Of a DNA stretch of 40,663 nucleotides, positions 1 through 8,262 are shown piece by piece. The stretch's first letter is position 1. The number at the start of each line of letters is the position of its first letter. The DNA is taken from positions 1 to 40,663 of the forward strand of contig CAZRMD010000003.1 of the NCBI GenBank assembly GCA_964601135.1. The letters run 5' to 3'. The DNA comes from an uncultured Actinomycetes bacterium. GTDB taxonomy: Bacteria > Chloroflexota > Dormibacteria > CF-121. The translations under genes and the position numbers were made by a program. The notes below the pieces were generated by a model. It saw only the letters and a program-made list of their open reading frames with translations, did no database searches and was not told the DNA's origin.

Positions 1-135
1 TGAGTACCGTCGCGCTTCCCTGACCCCCGTCGCCTTCAGCACCGCCAGCGATTTACCGGTCGCCCGTCCTGACCCACTTGACAGGTCCTTCCATATCAGG
101 TCGAGGATAGCGAGCGCTGCGGATAACGGCTTGGA

Positions 136-909
136 TCAGGCCGCCAGCGGGTTGGCGGCACTGATGTCATCAACGATCCACTGGACCCCCGTGTGAGCCT
201 CGGGGGTCGTCGCCGGACTAGGCACCGACGTCGGCATGGCCAGGGTCACGTCCATCCCACAGAAGCGACAGCGGGTCGCGCCCGTGTCGAGCTGAGCGGC
301 GCAATAAGGGCAGGCTGATAGAGGCGTCGGCGGCGTGGGCGGCACAGGCACAGCGGTGGAGACTTGCGGAGCGCGCACCAGGATCCAGTCTTCGGCTGTC
401 GCTCCCGGCACGGCCACACTCCCGCCGATGCGGACGATGACCCGGTTGGGGTCGTCGCCGGGATGTTTGCGCACGATCATGAACAGACGATCCGGGCCGG
501 CGGCCGGCGGCACCGGCGGAGCCGCGCTCAGGCGCTGATAGAGCTGGTCGGAGAGAAGATGACGGACGCTATTGAGCTGCTGAGCCTCCAGGGCTTTACG
601 CACCTGCATGACGATCGGAAAGGGGCCGTTTGCATCCACGCTCGCCGACCGCCGGATGGTCGCGGGCAGCTCGGTCCCGGGAGGAAAGTAGCGCTTGACC
701 GACTTCAGCGCCACCGCTTCCGGCGAGTTTTTCCCCAGTAAGGCCTCGACGGCCTGGGACAGCTGCTCGCTATCGATGACCTTCACCTCAGTCGGGTTCG
801 TCGACAAGGGCACGTTTTTGCGGGACTGACCTGCCATGAGCCTCCGGCTCAACAGAGCCCCCGCAGCAAAGACGAAGGTCAGCAAAGCAACAAAGACCAG
901 GCCTTCCAC
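136..909 (-). CDS. Membrane-anchored hypothetical protein with Tim44-like features and a zinc ribbon (CPYC...CRFC)
   Basis: The 387-aa track ORF overlaps the next gene in another frame. The plausible protein starts at GTG 909 (EGLVFVALLTFVFAAGALL, hydrophobic). It contains LLSDQLYQRL and EDWILVR segments reminiscent of Tim44-like domains and two CxxC pairs. Confidence 0.55.
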   Translation of the reverse strand: MEGLVFVALLTFVFAAGALLSRRLMAGQSRKNVPLSTNPTEVKVIDSEQLSQAVEALLGKNSPEAVALKSVKRYFPPGTELPATIRRSASVDANGPFPIVMQVRKALEAQQLNSVRHLLSDQLYQRLSAAPPVPPAAGPDRLFMIVRKHPGDDPNRVIVRIGGSVAVPGATAEDWILVRAPQVSTAVPVPPTPPTPLSACPYCAAQLDTGATRCRFCGMDVTLAMPTSVPSPATTPEAHTGVQWIVDDISAANPLAA

Positions 910-935
910 ACCCGGATTAACGAGGGGAGCCGCCC

Positions 936-968
936 TACCCTGCCCTCCCCGAAGGGGGAGGGAGGGTA
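936..968. repeat. GC-rich intergenic hairpin (REP-like palindrome or terminator)
   Basis: TACCCT-G-CCCTCCCC-GAAG-GGGGAGGG-AGGGTA folds into a 14-bp stem with one bulge. It lies just downstream of the stop at 975. Confidence 0.55.
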
Positions 969-974
969 CCGTCG

Positions 975-1316
975 CTATGCGCTCGCCTGCTGGCTGCTCT
1001 GTCCGCTTGGCGGAGTCGTCGTCGTGTCGCTGTGCTCGTGCGGATGCTGATGCCAGTAGCCCCGGCCGTATCCGCCGCCCCACGGACGCCAGAACGCGAA
1101 CCGGAACAGCAGGAACCCGATCAATAAGATCCAGAACAGCCCGAAGAATGGGAAGAAGCCGAATCCATCGTGGCCGTAGTAGTAGTAGATCCTGCCGTCG
1201 CCACCCGTCGTCGCCACGGCATGGCTGGCCGCGCCCGCCGCGTAGGCGATGAAGCCCACCACGGTGGCAATGGCTGCCGTCGCGAGTCCCCAAGCCCATA
1301 CGAATCGCCGATTCAT
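975..1316 (-). CDS. Small membrane protein (113 aa, two hydrophobic segments, Gly/His-rich tail)
   Basis: ATG at 1316 preceded by an AGGAGGTG RBS; MNRRFVWAWGLATAAIA...GFGFFPFFGLFWILLIGFLLFRF. Confidence 0.75.
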   Translation of the reverse strand: MNRRFVWAWGLATAAIATVVGFIAYAAGAASHAVATTGGDGRIYYYYGHDGFGFFPFFGLFWILLIGFLLFRFAFWRPWGGGYGRGYWHQHPHEHSDTTTTPPSGQSSQQASA

Positions 1317-1407
1317 TTGTCGAACACCTCCTCGAATGTCTCTGGCTTCATCATCCCCACCAATCGTGAAGGAGATGTGAACGCGCGATGGAGCGCCGGC
1401 GCCTATA

Positions 1408-1422
1408 CTTGACTCAGTCAAG
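1408..1422. promoter_or_regulatory. Inverted repeat CTTGAC-TCA-GTCAAG, candidate MarR operator
   Basis: Perfect 6-3-6 inverted repeat about 30 bp upstream of the MarR-GNAT gene. Confidence 0.5.
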
Positions 1423-1451
1423 GAATTGTCGGACGGAGGCAAGGAAGGGAA

Positions 1452-2396
1452 ATGGCTGTCGAAACGGCGTCGCCGCCTCTGCACGATCACGAGCGAGTTG
1501 CCGCGTTGCGCGCCTTCAACCGCTTCTACACCAACGTGATCGGCGTCTTACAAGAAGGCCTGTTGAAGACCCCGTACTCGCTGACCGAGGCTCGAGTGAT
1601 CTTCGAGCTCGCCCAACGACCGGAGACCAATGTCGCCGATCTGCGCCGAAACCTGGACGTCGATGCGGGCTATCTGAGCCGCATCCTCAGTCGGTTCGAG
1701 TCCGATCGGTTGATCGCCCGTGAGCGCTCGGCATCCGATGCCCGACGCAGCGTCATCGCGCTCACGCGTTCGGGTCGCAAGGTCTTCGAGACGCTGAATC
1801 AGCGGTCGGCCGAGGAGAACCAGCGGTTGCTGACAAGGCTGTCTGACGAGGACCAGCGACGGTTGCTCGCCGCCATGACGGTCGTTCGTGAACTCCTCGA
1901 AGGCGCGCCGCCAAAAACCGCCTTTGTCCTACGGCCGTTTGCGTCCGGCGACTACGGCTGGGTCGTCCATCGCCACGGGGTGCTCTACGCCGAGGAATAC
2001 GGATGGGACGAGACGTTCGAAGCTCTGGTCGCGAGGATCGTGGCCGACTACGTTGACCATCGCGATCCTCGACGTGAGAACGCCTGGATCGCCGAGGCCG
2101 ACGGCGAGCCGGTCGGCTGCGTCTTCTGCGTCAAGAAAACAGAGAAGGTTGCGCAATTGCGGCTGCTCCTGGTTGAGCCGCGAGCCCGCGGCTCCGGGCT
2201 CGGCGCGCGGCTGGTCGACGAGTGCATGCGCTTTGCTCGGCGGGCCGGATACTCCGACATGATGCTGTGGACCAACGACGTCCTAACCAGTGCGCGCCGG
2301 ATTTACAAGCGCTTCGGGTTCAAGCTGGTCGAAGAAGAGCGGCATCACAGCTTCGGCCATGACCTGGTCGGCCAAAACTGGTCGGTCGCGCTCTAG
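1452..2396 (+). CDS. Bifunctional MarR-family HTH regulator / GNAT N-acetyltransferase
   Basis: LRAFNRFYT...YSLTEARVIFEL...DAGYLSRIL...DARR (MarR), followed by AQLRLLLVEPRARGSGLG (GNAT acetyl-CoA motif). Confidence 0.92.
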   Translation: MAVETASPPLHDHERVAALRAFNRFYTNVIGVLQEGLLKTPYSLTEARVIFELAQRPETNVADLRRNLDVDAGYLSRILSRFESDRLIARERSASDARRSVIALTRSGRKVFETLNQRSAEENQRLLTRLSDEDQRRLLAAMTVVRELLEGAPPKTAFVLRPFASGDYGWVVHRHGVLYAEEYGWDETFEALVARIVADYVDHRDPRRENAWIAEADGEPVGCVFCVKKTEKVAQLRLLLVEPRARGSGLGARLVDECMRFARRAGYSDMMLWTNDVLTSARRIYKRFGFKLVEEERHHSFGHDLVGQNWSVAL

Positions 2397-2472
2397 CAAA
2401 GCGTGTCGAACACTAGCCGAACTTTCGAATAGCAATCGATCGATGGCGGTTCATCCTTCATAGAATGAATCC

Positions 2473-3087
2473 GTGGCAAACGTATCTCCGGAAGAATTCC
2501 CCGATCCCGTCGTCGATACTCCGCTCGCCGACAAACCTGGACAGAGTCGGGCGATTCTAGCGGGCGGCTGCTTCTGGTGCGTGGAGGCGGTCTATCTGAA
2601 CCTCGGCGAGGGCGTGACCTCGGTCAAGTCCGGGTATGCGGGCGGCACGGCGGGGACTGCTGACTATCAGACGGTCTCGACTGGCACCACGAATCACGCC
2701 GAGTCCGTTGAGGTGGTCTACGATCCCAGCCGGATCAGCTACGGACAGATCCTCAAGGTCTTCTTCGCCATCGCCCACGATCCCACCCAGCTGAATCGCC
2801 AGGGTCCCGACACCGGTCGCCAGTACCGCTCAGCGATTTTCTATGCCGACGACGAGCAAAAGCGGGTGGCGGAAGCGTACATCGACCAGCTGAACAAGGC
2901 GCACGTATTCAACAAGCCCATCGTCACCGAGATCGTGCCGCTCGAAGCTTTCTATCAGGCCGAGACGTATCACCAGGATTACGCGGCGCGCAATCCCCTG
3001 AACCCCTACATCCTCTTTAATGCGCAACCAAAGGTGAGAAAGGTGAAGGCCTACAAGGCCGCGCAGGAGAAGGTCGCTAAGCGGTAG
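2473..3087 (+). CDS. msrA: Peptide-methionine (S)-S-oxide reductase
   Basis: GGCFWC catalytic motif, HDPTQLNRQGPDTGRQYRSAIF, AETYHQDY. Confidence 0.96.
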   Translation: MANVSPEEFPDPVVDTPLADKPGQSRAILAGGCFWCVEAVYLNLGEGVTSVKSGYAGGTAGTADYQTVSTGTTNHAESVEVVYDPSRISYGQILKVFFAIAHDPTQLNRQGPDTGRQYRSAIFYADDEQKRVAEAYIDQLNKAHVFNKPIVTEIVPLEAFYQAETYHQDYAARNPLNPYILFNAQPKVRKVKAYKAAQEKVAKR

Positions 3088-3145
3088 CGCCGAAGGTCTT
3101 CGCTTTGGGGCAATCCTCTCTTGCCGGTGGCTAGCTTCGGCATGG

Positions 3146-3322
3146 TCAGCCGTGCAAGAACTTCAGGACGTCGTAGATGAGCACCGCGGGCCAGACGATG
3201 GCCTTCAGGATCCCCAGCAGTCCATCACCAAACGAATTCACCTGCTGGATGAAATAAACGGCCGCGCCGATGATTGCCAGAAAGTAGGTGCCTCCGGTAG
3301 CACCCGCGGATGTTCGATTCAT
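3146..3322 (-). CDS. Small two-helix membrane protein (58 aa), absent from the ORF track
   Basis: GAGGAGGAGG RBS then ATG: MNRTSAGATGGTYFLAIIGAAVYFIQQVNSFGDGLLGILKAIVWPAVLIYDVLKFLHG, ending in TGA. Confidence 0.8.
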   Translation of the reverse strand: MNRTSAGATGGTYFLAIIGAAVYFIQQVNSFGDGLLGILKAIVWPAVLIYDVLKFLHG

Positions 3323-3435
3323 CGTTTCCTCCTCCTCGATTGTCGAGGAGCAGATCGTAGCGCAGCTCGACCGAGCTCATCCGTTACGAACTCCCATCAG
3401 CTTGGACTTGGATGGCTGCGGCGAGCCCTCTCGCC

Positions 3436-3846
3436 TTAGGCCACAACCAGCGTGCGGAGTCGCTCGGCCATGGCGGCGATCACCTGAATCGCCAGCTGAT
3501 CGTTGCTTTTGATGGCGTCACGGAACTGGGCGTGGCTCAGGACCAGAGCCTCGCCAGGTCCATCGGTGATCACCGTCGCGACGGCCGGTCCGCGTGAGAG
3601 CATCCCGACTTCGCCAAAGAAATCGCCTGGACCGAGCCGAGCAATTTCCGTTCCCCGCCGCATGACCTGGACCTTGCCGCTGGTCAGGATGAAGAACGAG
3701 TCGGTCGGCTGACCCTCGGTGATCAGCGTTTTGCCGGCCGGCAGGCTGACCTCATCGACCTTGCTCGCGAGGTACTGCAGTTCGTGCTTCCCGGCATTGG
3801 CGAACAGGGGCACCTTCGCCAGGCGGTCGATCTTGCTATCCGGCAC
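3436..3846 (-). CDS. Stand-alone cyclic nucleotide-binding domain protein
   Basis: LAKVPLF...LITEGQPTDSFFILTSG...LGPGDFFGEVGML (cNMP beta-barrel); no HTH. Confidence 0.9.
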   Translation of the reverse strand: MPDSKIDRLAKVPLFANAGKHELQYLASKVDEVSLPAGKTLITEGQPTDSFFILTSGKVQVMRRGTEIARLGPGDFFGEVGMLSRGPAVATVITDGPGEALVLSHAQFRDAIKSNDQLAIQVIAAMAERLRTLVVA

Positions 3847-3908
3847 GCCCGAAACACTACACCCACATAAGCCTGTGGGACAATGTGTGGCGCCGTCGAG
3901 GCGGGAGC

Positions 3909-5867
3909 ATGGCCCAGGTCAATGTCGACCAGACGCTGGCGGACGGGCGGGAGGCGGTTCGCCGCCACGCCTGGAGGGAGGCGTATGAGCTGCTTCATGC
4001 AGCCGATCAGGCCGGTGCCCTCGAGCCGGATGACCTCGAGAGGCTGGCCGATGCGGCCTGGTGGAACGGTCGCGCCAACGATTGCGTCGGTGCCTGGGAA
4101 CGAGCCTACACCGCGCATCTCGAGGCCGGCCGAGCCGGGCGGGCGGCGATGGCTGCCATCCAACTCGCCCGTGAGCAGTTTGGCCTCAATGCCGCGGCCG
4201 TCGGCAACGCCTGGCTAAACCGGGCGCAACGCCTGTTGCAGGATCAGCCCGTCGGGGTTGAGCACGGCTACCTGGCGCGGGTCATGGCCGGAAGGGCCAT
4301 GGGCGCCGAGGACTTCGACCGTGCGCTGGAGCTGGCCCGCGAGACGCTCGAGATCGGCACCAAATTCGGCGACCGCGACCTGATGGCACTGGGGCTCCAC
4401 GATCAAGCGCGGGCTTTGATCAGGAAAGGACAGGTCGACGAAGGGATGGCCTTGCTCGATGAGGCGACCGTCGCCGCCGTCTCCGGCGAGCTCAATCCCC
4501 ACTACACCGCGGTCATTTACTGCAATCAGATTGGTGTCTGCGAAGAAATGGCCGACTACCGCCGGGCGGCCGAATGGACGGACGTGGCCCGCCGCTGGTG
4601 CGACCGGATGGCCATCGCCGGATTTCCTGGAATGTGTCGCGTCCACCGGGCGGATGTCATCCGCCTGCGCGGCGCCTGGAAGGAGGCGGAGGCCGAGGCG
4701 CGAAATGCCCTGGGCGAGCTCCGCGAATTTCAGGTGGGGTATGCCTCCGAGGCCCAGTATTTGATCGCCGAGACGCGGCTATGGATGGGCGATTTGACCG
4801 AAGCGAAAGAAGCGTTTGAACAGGCCCATGAGCTGGGCAGGGACCCAAACCCCGGGCTCGCGCTGTTACACCTGGCGGAGGGAAAAACTGACGCGGCCGT
4901 CGCCGCGATTCGCCGCGGTCTCGACAAGGAGCGCAACCCGCTTGCTCGAGCACGGCTGCTCCCGGCGCAGGTCACGATCGCGCAGGCAGCGGGCGATCGA
5001 TCCACGGTTGAGGCCGCTGCCCGGGAGCTGGATGAGACGGCGAAGACGTATGGAACGGCAGCGCTGAAGGCGCAGGCGTCACGCGCCGATGGCGTCGCGA
5101 GTCTGATGCGCGGCGATAGCGAAGCCGCGGTGCAGCAATTTTGTGAGGCGCTGAGTCTCTGGAGACAAATCGAGGTCCCCTACGAAGAAGCGAGAACTCG
5201 CGTGGCCCTGGCATCGGCGTACCGGACAGGAGGCGACACCGACGGCGCGGTCCTCGAGCTTCGCGCCGCCCGCGCCAGCTTTGCCCGGCTTGGCGCCGCT
5301 CTCGATGAGCGCGAGGCAGCGCGGATGCTCGCGGAACTCGGTGATGAGGCCGCCAGTCATCCGGCACCTGGCGATGCGGCGACGCGAACATTCCTCTTCA
5401 CCGACATCGTGCGGTCGACGGCGCTGGTCGAGGCCATGGGTGATGAAGCGTGGAATGAGGTGTTGCGCTGGCATGACCAGACGCTGCGGCGGCTGATCGC
5501 GCAACACGGTGGGGAGGAGATCAAGAACGTTGGCGACGGCGTCTTTGCCGGCTTCCCGCAACCCGGTCAGGCCATCGAATGTGCCGTCCAGATCCAGCGG
5601 ACACTTGCCGAGCATCGCCGTGACCACGGCTTTGCGCCTCAGGTCCGCATCGGCGTGCATCGCTCGGCGGCGACAAAGGTTGGCCAGGACTATCGCGGGA
5701 AGGGCGTCCACCAGGCCGCCCGCATCGCGAATGAGGCGCAGGGCGGCGAGATCCTCGCCAGCTGGCAGACGGCGCAAGCCTGCAAGTTTGCGATCTCCGA
5801 ACCGCGCGAGGTCACGCTGAAAGGCGTGGCCCAACCGGTTCAGGTCGTCAGCGTTAACTGGCGCTAA
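3909..5867 (+). CDS. TPR/MalT-like repeat protein fused to a class III adenylate/guanylate cyclase domain
   Basis: Ala-rich helical repeats, then FLFTDIVRST...KNVGDG...VRIGVH...DYRGKGVHQAARI. ATG 3909 follows GGGAG. Confidence 0.88.
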   Translation: MAQVNVDQTLADGREAVRRHAWREAYELLHAADQAGALEPDDLERLADAAWWNGRANDCVGAWERAYTAHLEAGRAGRAAMAAIQLAREQFGLNAAAVGNAWLNRAQRLLQDQPVGVEHGYLARVMAGRAMGAEDFDRALELARETLEIGTKFGDRDLMALGLHDQARALIRKGQVDEGMALLDEATVAAVSGELNPHYTAVIYCNQIGVCEEMADYRRAAEWTDVARRWCDRMAIAGFPGMCRVHRADVIRLRGAWKEAEAEARNALGELREFQVGYASEAQYLIAETRLWMGDLTEAKEAFEQAHELGRDPNPGLALLHLAEGKTDAAVAAIRRGLDKERNPLARARLLPAQVTIAQAAGDRSTVEAAARELDETAKTYGTAALKAQASRADGVASLMRGDSEAAVQQFCEALSLWRQIEVPYEEARTRVALASAYRTGGDTDGAVLELRAARASFARLGAALDEREAARMLAELGDEAASHPAPGDAATRTFLFTDIVRSTALVEAMGDEAWNEVLRWHDQTLRRLIAQHGGEEIKNVGDGVFAGFPQPGQAIECAVQIQRTLAEHRRDHGFAPQVRIGVHRSAATKVGQDYRGKGVHQAARIANEAQGGEILASWQTAQACKFAISEPREVTLKGVAQPVQVVSVNWR

Positions 5868-5883
5868 GACCGGGCCGTTTCGG

Positions 5884-6657
5884 TCAGCTGGCACTCATGA
5901 CCAGACTGTCCCTCTCCGCCCTGGCCCAGAGGTCGCGCAGATGCTGGACGTGCTCGGGCCTGTACAGCTGCTCGGGGGACACGAAGTGGTGGATTCCCTG
6001 GAACCGCCGGATGTGGATGTCGGGAAAGAGCTGGGCGAGGCGCGCCGCCTCGAGTTCAACCATCGCGGCGGTCTGGTCCCCGTAGCCATAGAAGACCGGG
6101 AATTGGCAGTTACGCAGCTGATTGCGGTCGAAGTCGTACGCCACAAACGCATCCATCATCGCGGCGATTCCCGCCGGCCGATTCTGCATCCATGGCTCGG
6201 GCGGTCCTGACGGCGCTTCGAGGTGCACGCCCGGGCGGACCTGCCGCGTGAAAAAGGTGCGCATATAGTCCATCCCCTGTTGGTCGGCCAGCGCCTGTCG
6301 GAAATCCCTCTCCAGCGCCGCCGCCTCCGGGCTCAAATCGCCAGGCCCCCGACCTGGTTCAAAGACGGCGAGGCTCAACAGCCGATCGGGATGCACCCCG
6401 GCGAACGCAAGTCCGATGAATCCGCCAGCCGAATAACCGAGCAGGTGGAAGCGGCGCGCCCCGAGCGAATCGGCGAAGCGCGTCAGCTCGTCGATCTCGA
6501 GATCAATGGAGTAATTCGAGGGCGGAGTGGCGCCGGCATAGACTTCGAGATCCTTCGCGTGGAAATCCACGTCGCTGCCGATCACGGACTTCAAGTACGC
6601 ATAACGCACGGCCGCGGGCATGACGCCACCAGGGAGTGCAATCACGGGCTGGGTCAT
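5884..6657 (-). CDS. Alpha/beta hydrolase
   Basis: Nucleophile elbow HLLGYSAGG; C-terminal His in GIHHF. Confidence 0.88.
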   Translation of the reverse strand: MTQPVIALPGGVMPAAVRYAYLKSVIGSDVDFHAKDLEVYAGATPPSNYSIDLEIDELTRFADSLGARRFHLLGYSAGGFIGLAFAGVHPDRLLSLAVFEPGRGPGDLSPEAAALERDFRQALADQQGMDYMRTFFTRQVRPGVHLEAPSGPPEPWMQNRPAGIAAMMDAFVAYDFDRNQLRNCQFPVFYGYGDQTAAMVELEAARLAQLFPDIHIRRFQGIHHFVSPEQLYRPEHVQHLRDLWARAERDSLVMSAS

Positions 6658-6728
6658 CTTGAGGCCTCCTTCGACTTTGATGGGGTCAGCATGCGGCTCT
6701 GTCCCGAACCGCGCATCGCGCGATCGCG

Positions 6729-8255
6729 CTATTGAAGGAGGTCGTGCTGCAGGGCGAAGACCGCGGCCCCGGCTCGGGTGGAAACGCCAAGCTTGTCGTA
6801 GATGTGGCGAACGTGATGATCAGCCGTATTCGGTGAGATCCCGAGGGCCCGGCCAACCTCTTTCCTCGAGTGACCGCGGCAGATCAGCCGCAAAACCTCG
6901 ACCTCCCGATCGCTGAGCTCGGCCGGCCATTCCCGTCGTGCCGTGACGCGCCCGGCACCGGCCGCCGTCAGGACGGCATCGACGGCCTCACGATCACGCC
7001 TGCCCGCTGAGACGTCCTGGTTGAGAAGCGCGGCCGCTTCGTCCTTCGAGTGGGCCGGCCGCCACGGCCGGTCCGAGGTCATCGCCTGGAATGCGTCAGC
7101 CACCGACAGCAGCCGAGCGTTTCGTGAGATCTCGGGCGCGCGGCAACCTCGGTGATAACCAGAACCATCGAGATTTTCATGGTGGTGACCCGCGGAATCA
7201 GCCAGCGAGCTGAGCGCTTGACAGCGCAACAGGATGCGCTCGCTGTAGTAGGCGTGCAGACGTACCTGTTCGCGCTCCCCCTCGCTCAATGCTGCCGGCT
7301 TCTCCCAGGTCCCGTTTGGCACGGCTATTCGGCCAAGGTCGTGGACCAGGGCCGCACGTTTCAGGCTCTGCTGATCGTTCGCTCCTGCGCGAATTGCCAG
7401 GGCAGCCACCTGGCGTGAGTGACCGAGCATGAAAGGAGCCTTCATGTCGATGAAATCGGCGAAGACTTCCAGCACCGTGTCGAGCTTTGCGTCGGGTATC
7501 CATGGCCACGGTTCGGGCTCGGCCGCAAGCACGGCGTCCCATGGCGATGCGGTTTGGGCCAGGTCTTGCAAAAGCTCGCCTCCGCAAGCTGCGACGAGAT
7601 GGCTCAGTTCTGGATCATAGGTCCGAGCCTTTTGGCGGCCGGCGATGGTTTTGATGGCGGCGTCTGCATCGCTGGTCCGGCTCAACACCTCGAGGTCGCG
7701 GGCGATAAAGGCGATTCGTGCGGAGAGAGCAATCTGCTCTCCGGCAAGTCCATGCGGCAAACCGTGACCATTCCAGAGCTCAAACGTCTGCGCCAGCGAT
7801 CGACGAATGCCGTCATTCAGGGACAGTCGCTGGGCGAGGTTCTCCGCCAGCTCACAGTGCGCCAGCAAGCCCTGCCGGATCGGCGAGACACCGCCGGCGA
7901 TGAATCCGGGGATCTGCCGGGGCCGCACGTAGCGAAGGACGGTGGGCATGAATTCGCGAGGCGACGCTCCGAGCACCGGAGCAAGCCCAGCCCGGTAGCG
8001 ACGCTCATCGCCGCCAACCCGATGTGAAAGCTCGGACGAATCGGCGGTGCAGCCAATGAAGCGAAGGAGGGCGACATAGTAGACCTCGGAAAGTTCCGCA
8101 GCAGCAAGGTCGAGCTGCCGGCCCAGTCCCATCGCGAGCAGACAGGTTCGTAGCGCCTGCTCCATCGGTTGGCCCATGCCGAGGTCGGTCGCCAGCGAGA
8201 TGGCGGCGATCAGCTCGGCGAGCCGGAAGCTCGTTCGGTCGTGCCCGGTTAGCAT
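6729..8255 (-). CDS. HD-GYP-like phosphohydrolase domains with a C-terminal LuxR HTH
   Basis: RLAELIAAISLATDLGMGQP, LVHDLG, HHENLDGSGY, LSDREVEVLRL...HIYDKLGVSTR. The start was trimmed to ATG 8255 to avoid overlap with ggt. Confidence 0.88.
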   Translation of the reverse strand: MLTGHDRTSFRLAELIAAISLATDLGMGQPMEQALRTCLLAMGLGRQLDLAAAELSEVYYVALLRFIGCTADSSELSHRVGGDERRYRAGLAPVLGASPREFMPTVLRYVRPRQIPGFIAGGVSPIRQGLLAHCELAENLAQRLSLNDGIRRSLAQTFELWNGHGLPHGLAGEQIALSARIAFIARDLEVLSRTSDADAAIKTIAGRQKARTYDPELSHLVAACGGELLQDLAQTASPWDAVLAAEPEPWPWIPDAKLDTVLEVFADFIDMKAPFMLGHSRQVAALAIRAGANDQQSLKRAALVHDLGRIAVPNGTWEKPAALSEGEREQVRLHAYYSERILLRCQALSSLADSAGHHHENLDGSGYHRGCRAPEISRNARLLSVADAFQAMTSDRPWRPAHSKDEAAALLNQDVSAGRRDREAVDAVLTAAGAGRVTARREWPAELSDREVEVLRLICRGHSRKEVGRALGISPNTADHHVRHIYDKLGVSTRAGAAVFALQHDLLQ

Positions 8256-8262
8256 CGATTTG

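Noticed and set aside
1-130. Partial gene at the left edge
   Set aside because: No frame with a convincing start or recognisable motif.
910-1299. N-terminal extension of the 387-aa ORF
   Set aside because: It is an out-of-frame overlap with the 975-1316 gene and crosses an intergenic hairpin.
2473-3087. MsrA as a further selenoprotein
   Set aside because: The catalytic codons in GCFWC are TGC, and there is no internal TGA.
3152-3439. 95-aa plus-strand ORF
   Set aside because: It is the shadow of the minus-strand 58-aa gene, which has a strong RBS and a membrane-protein pattern.
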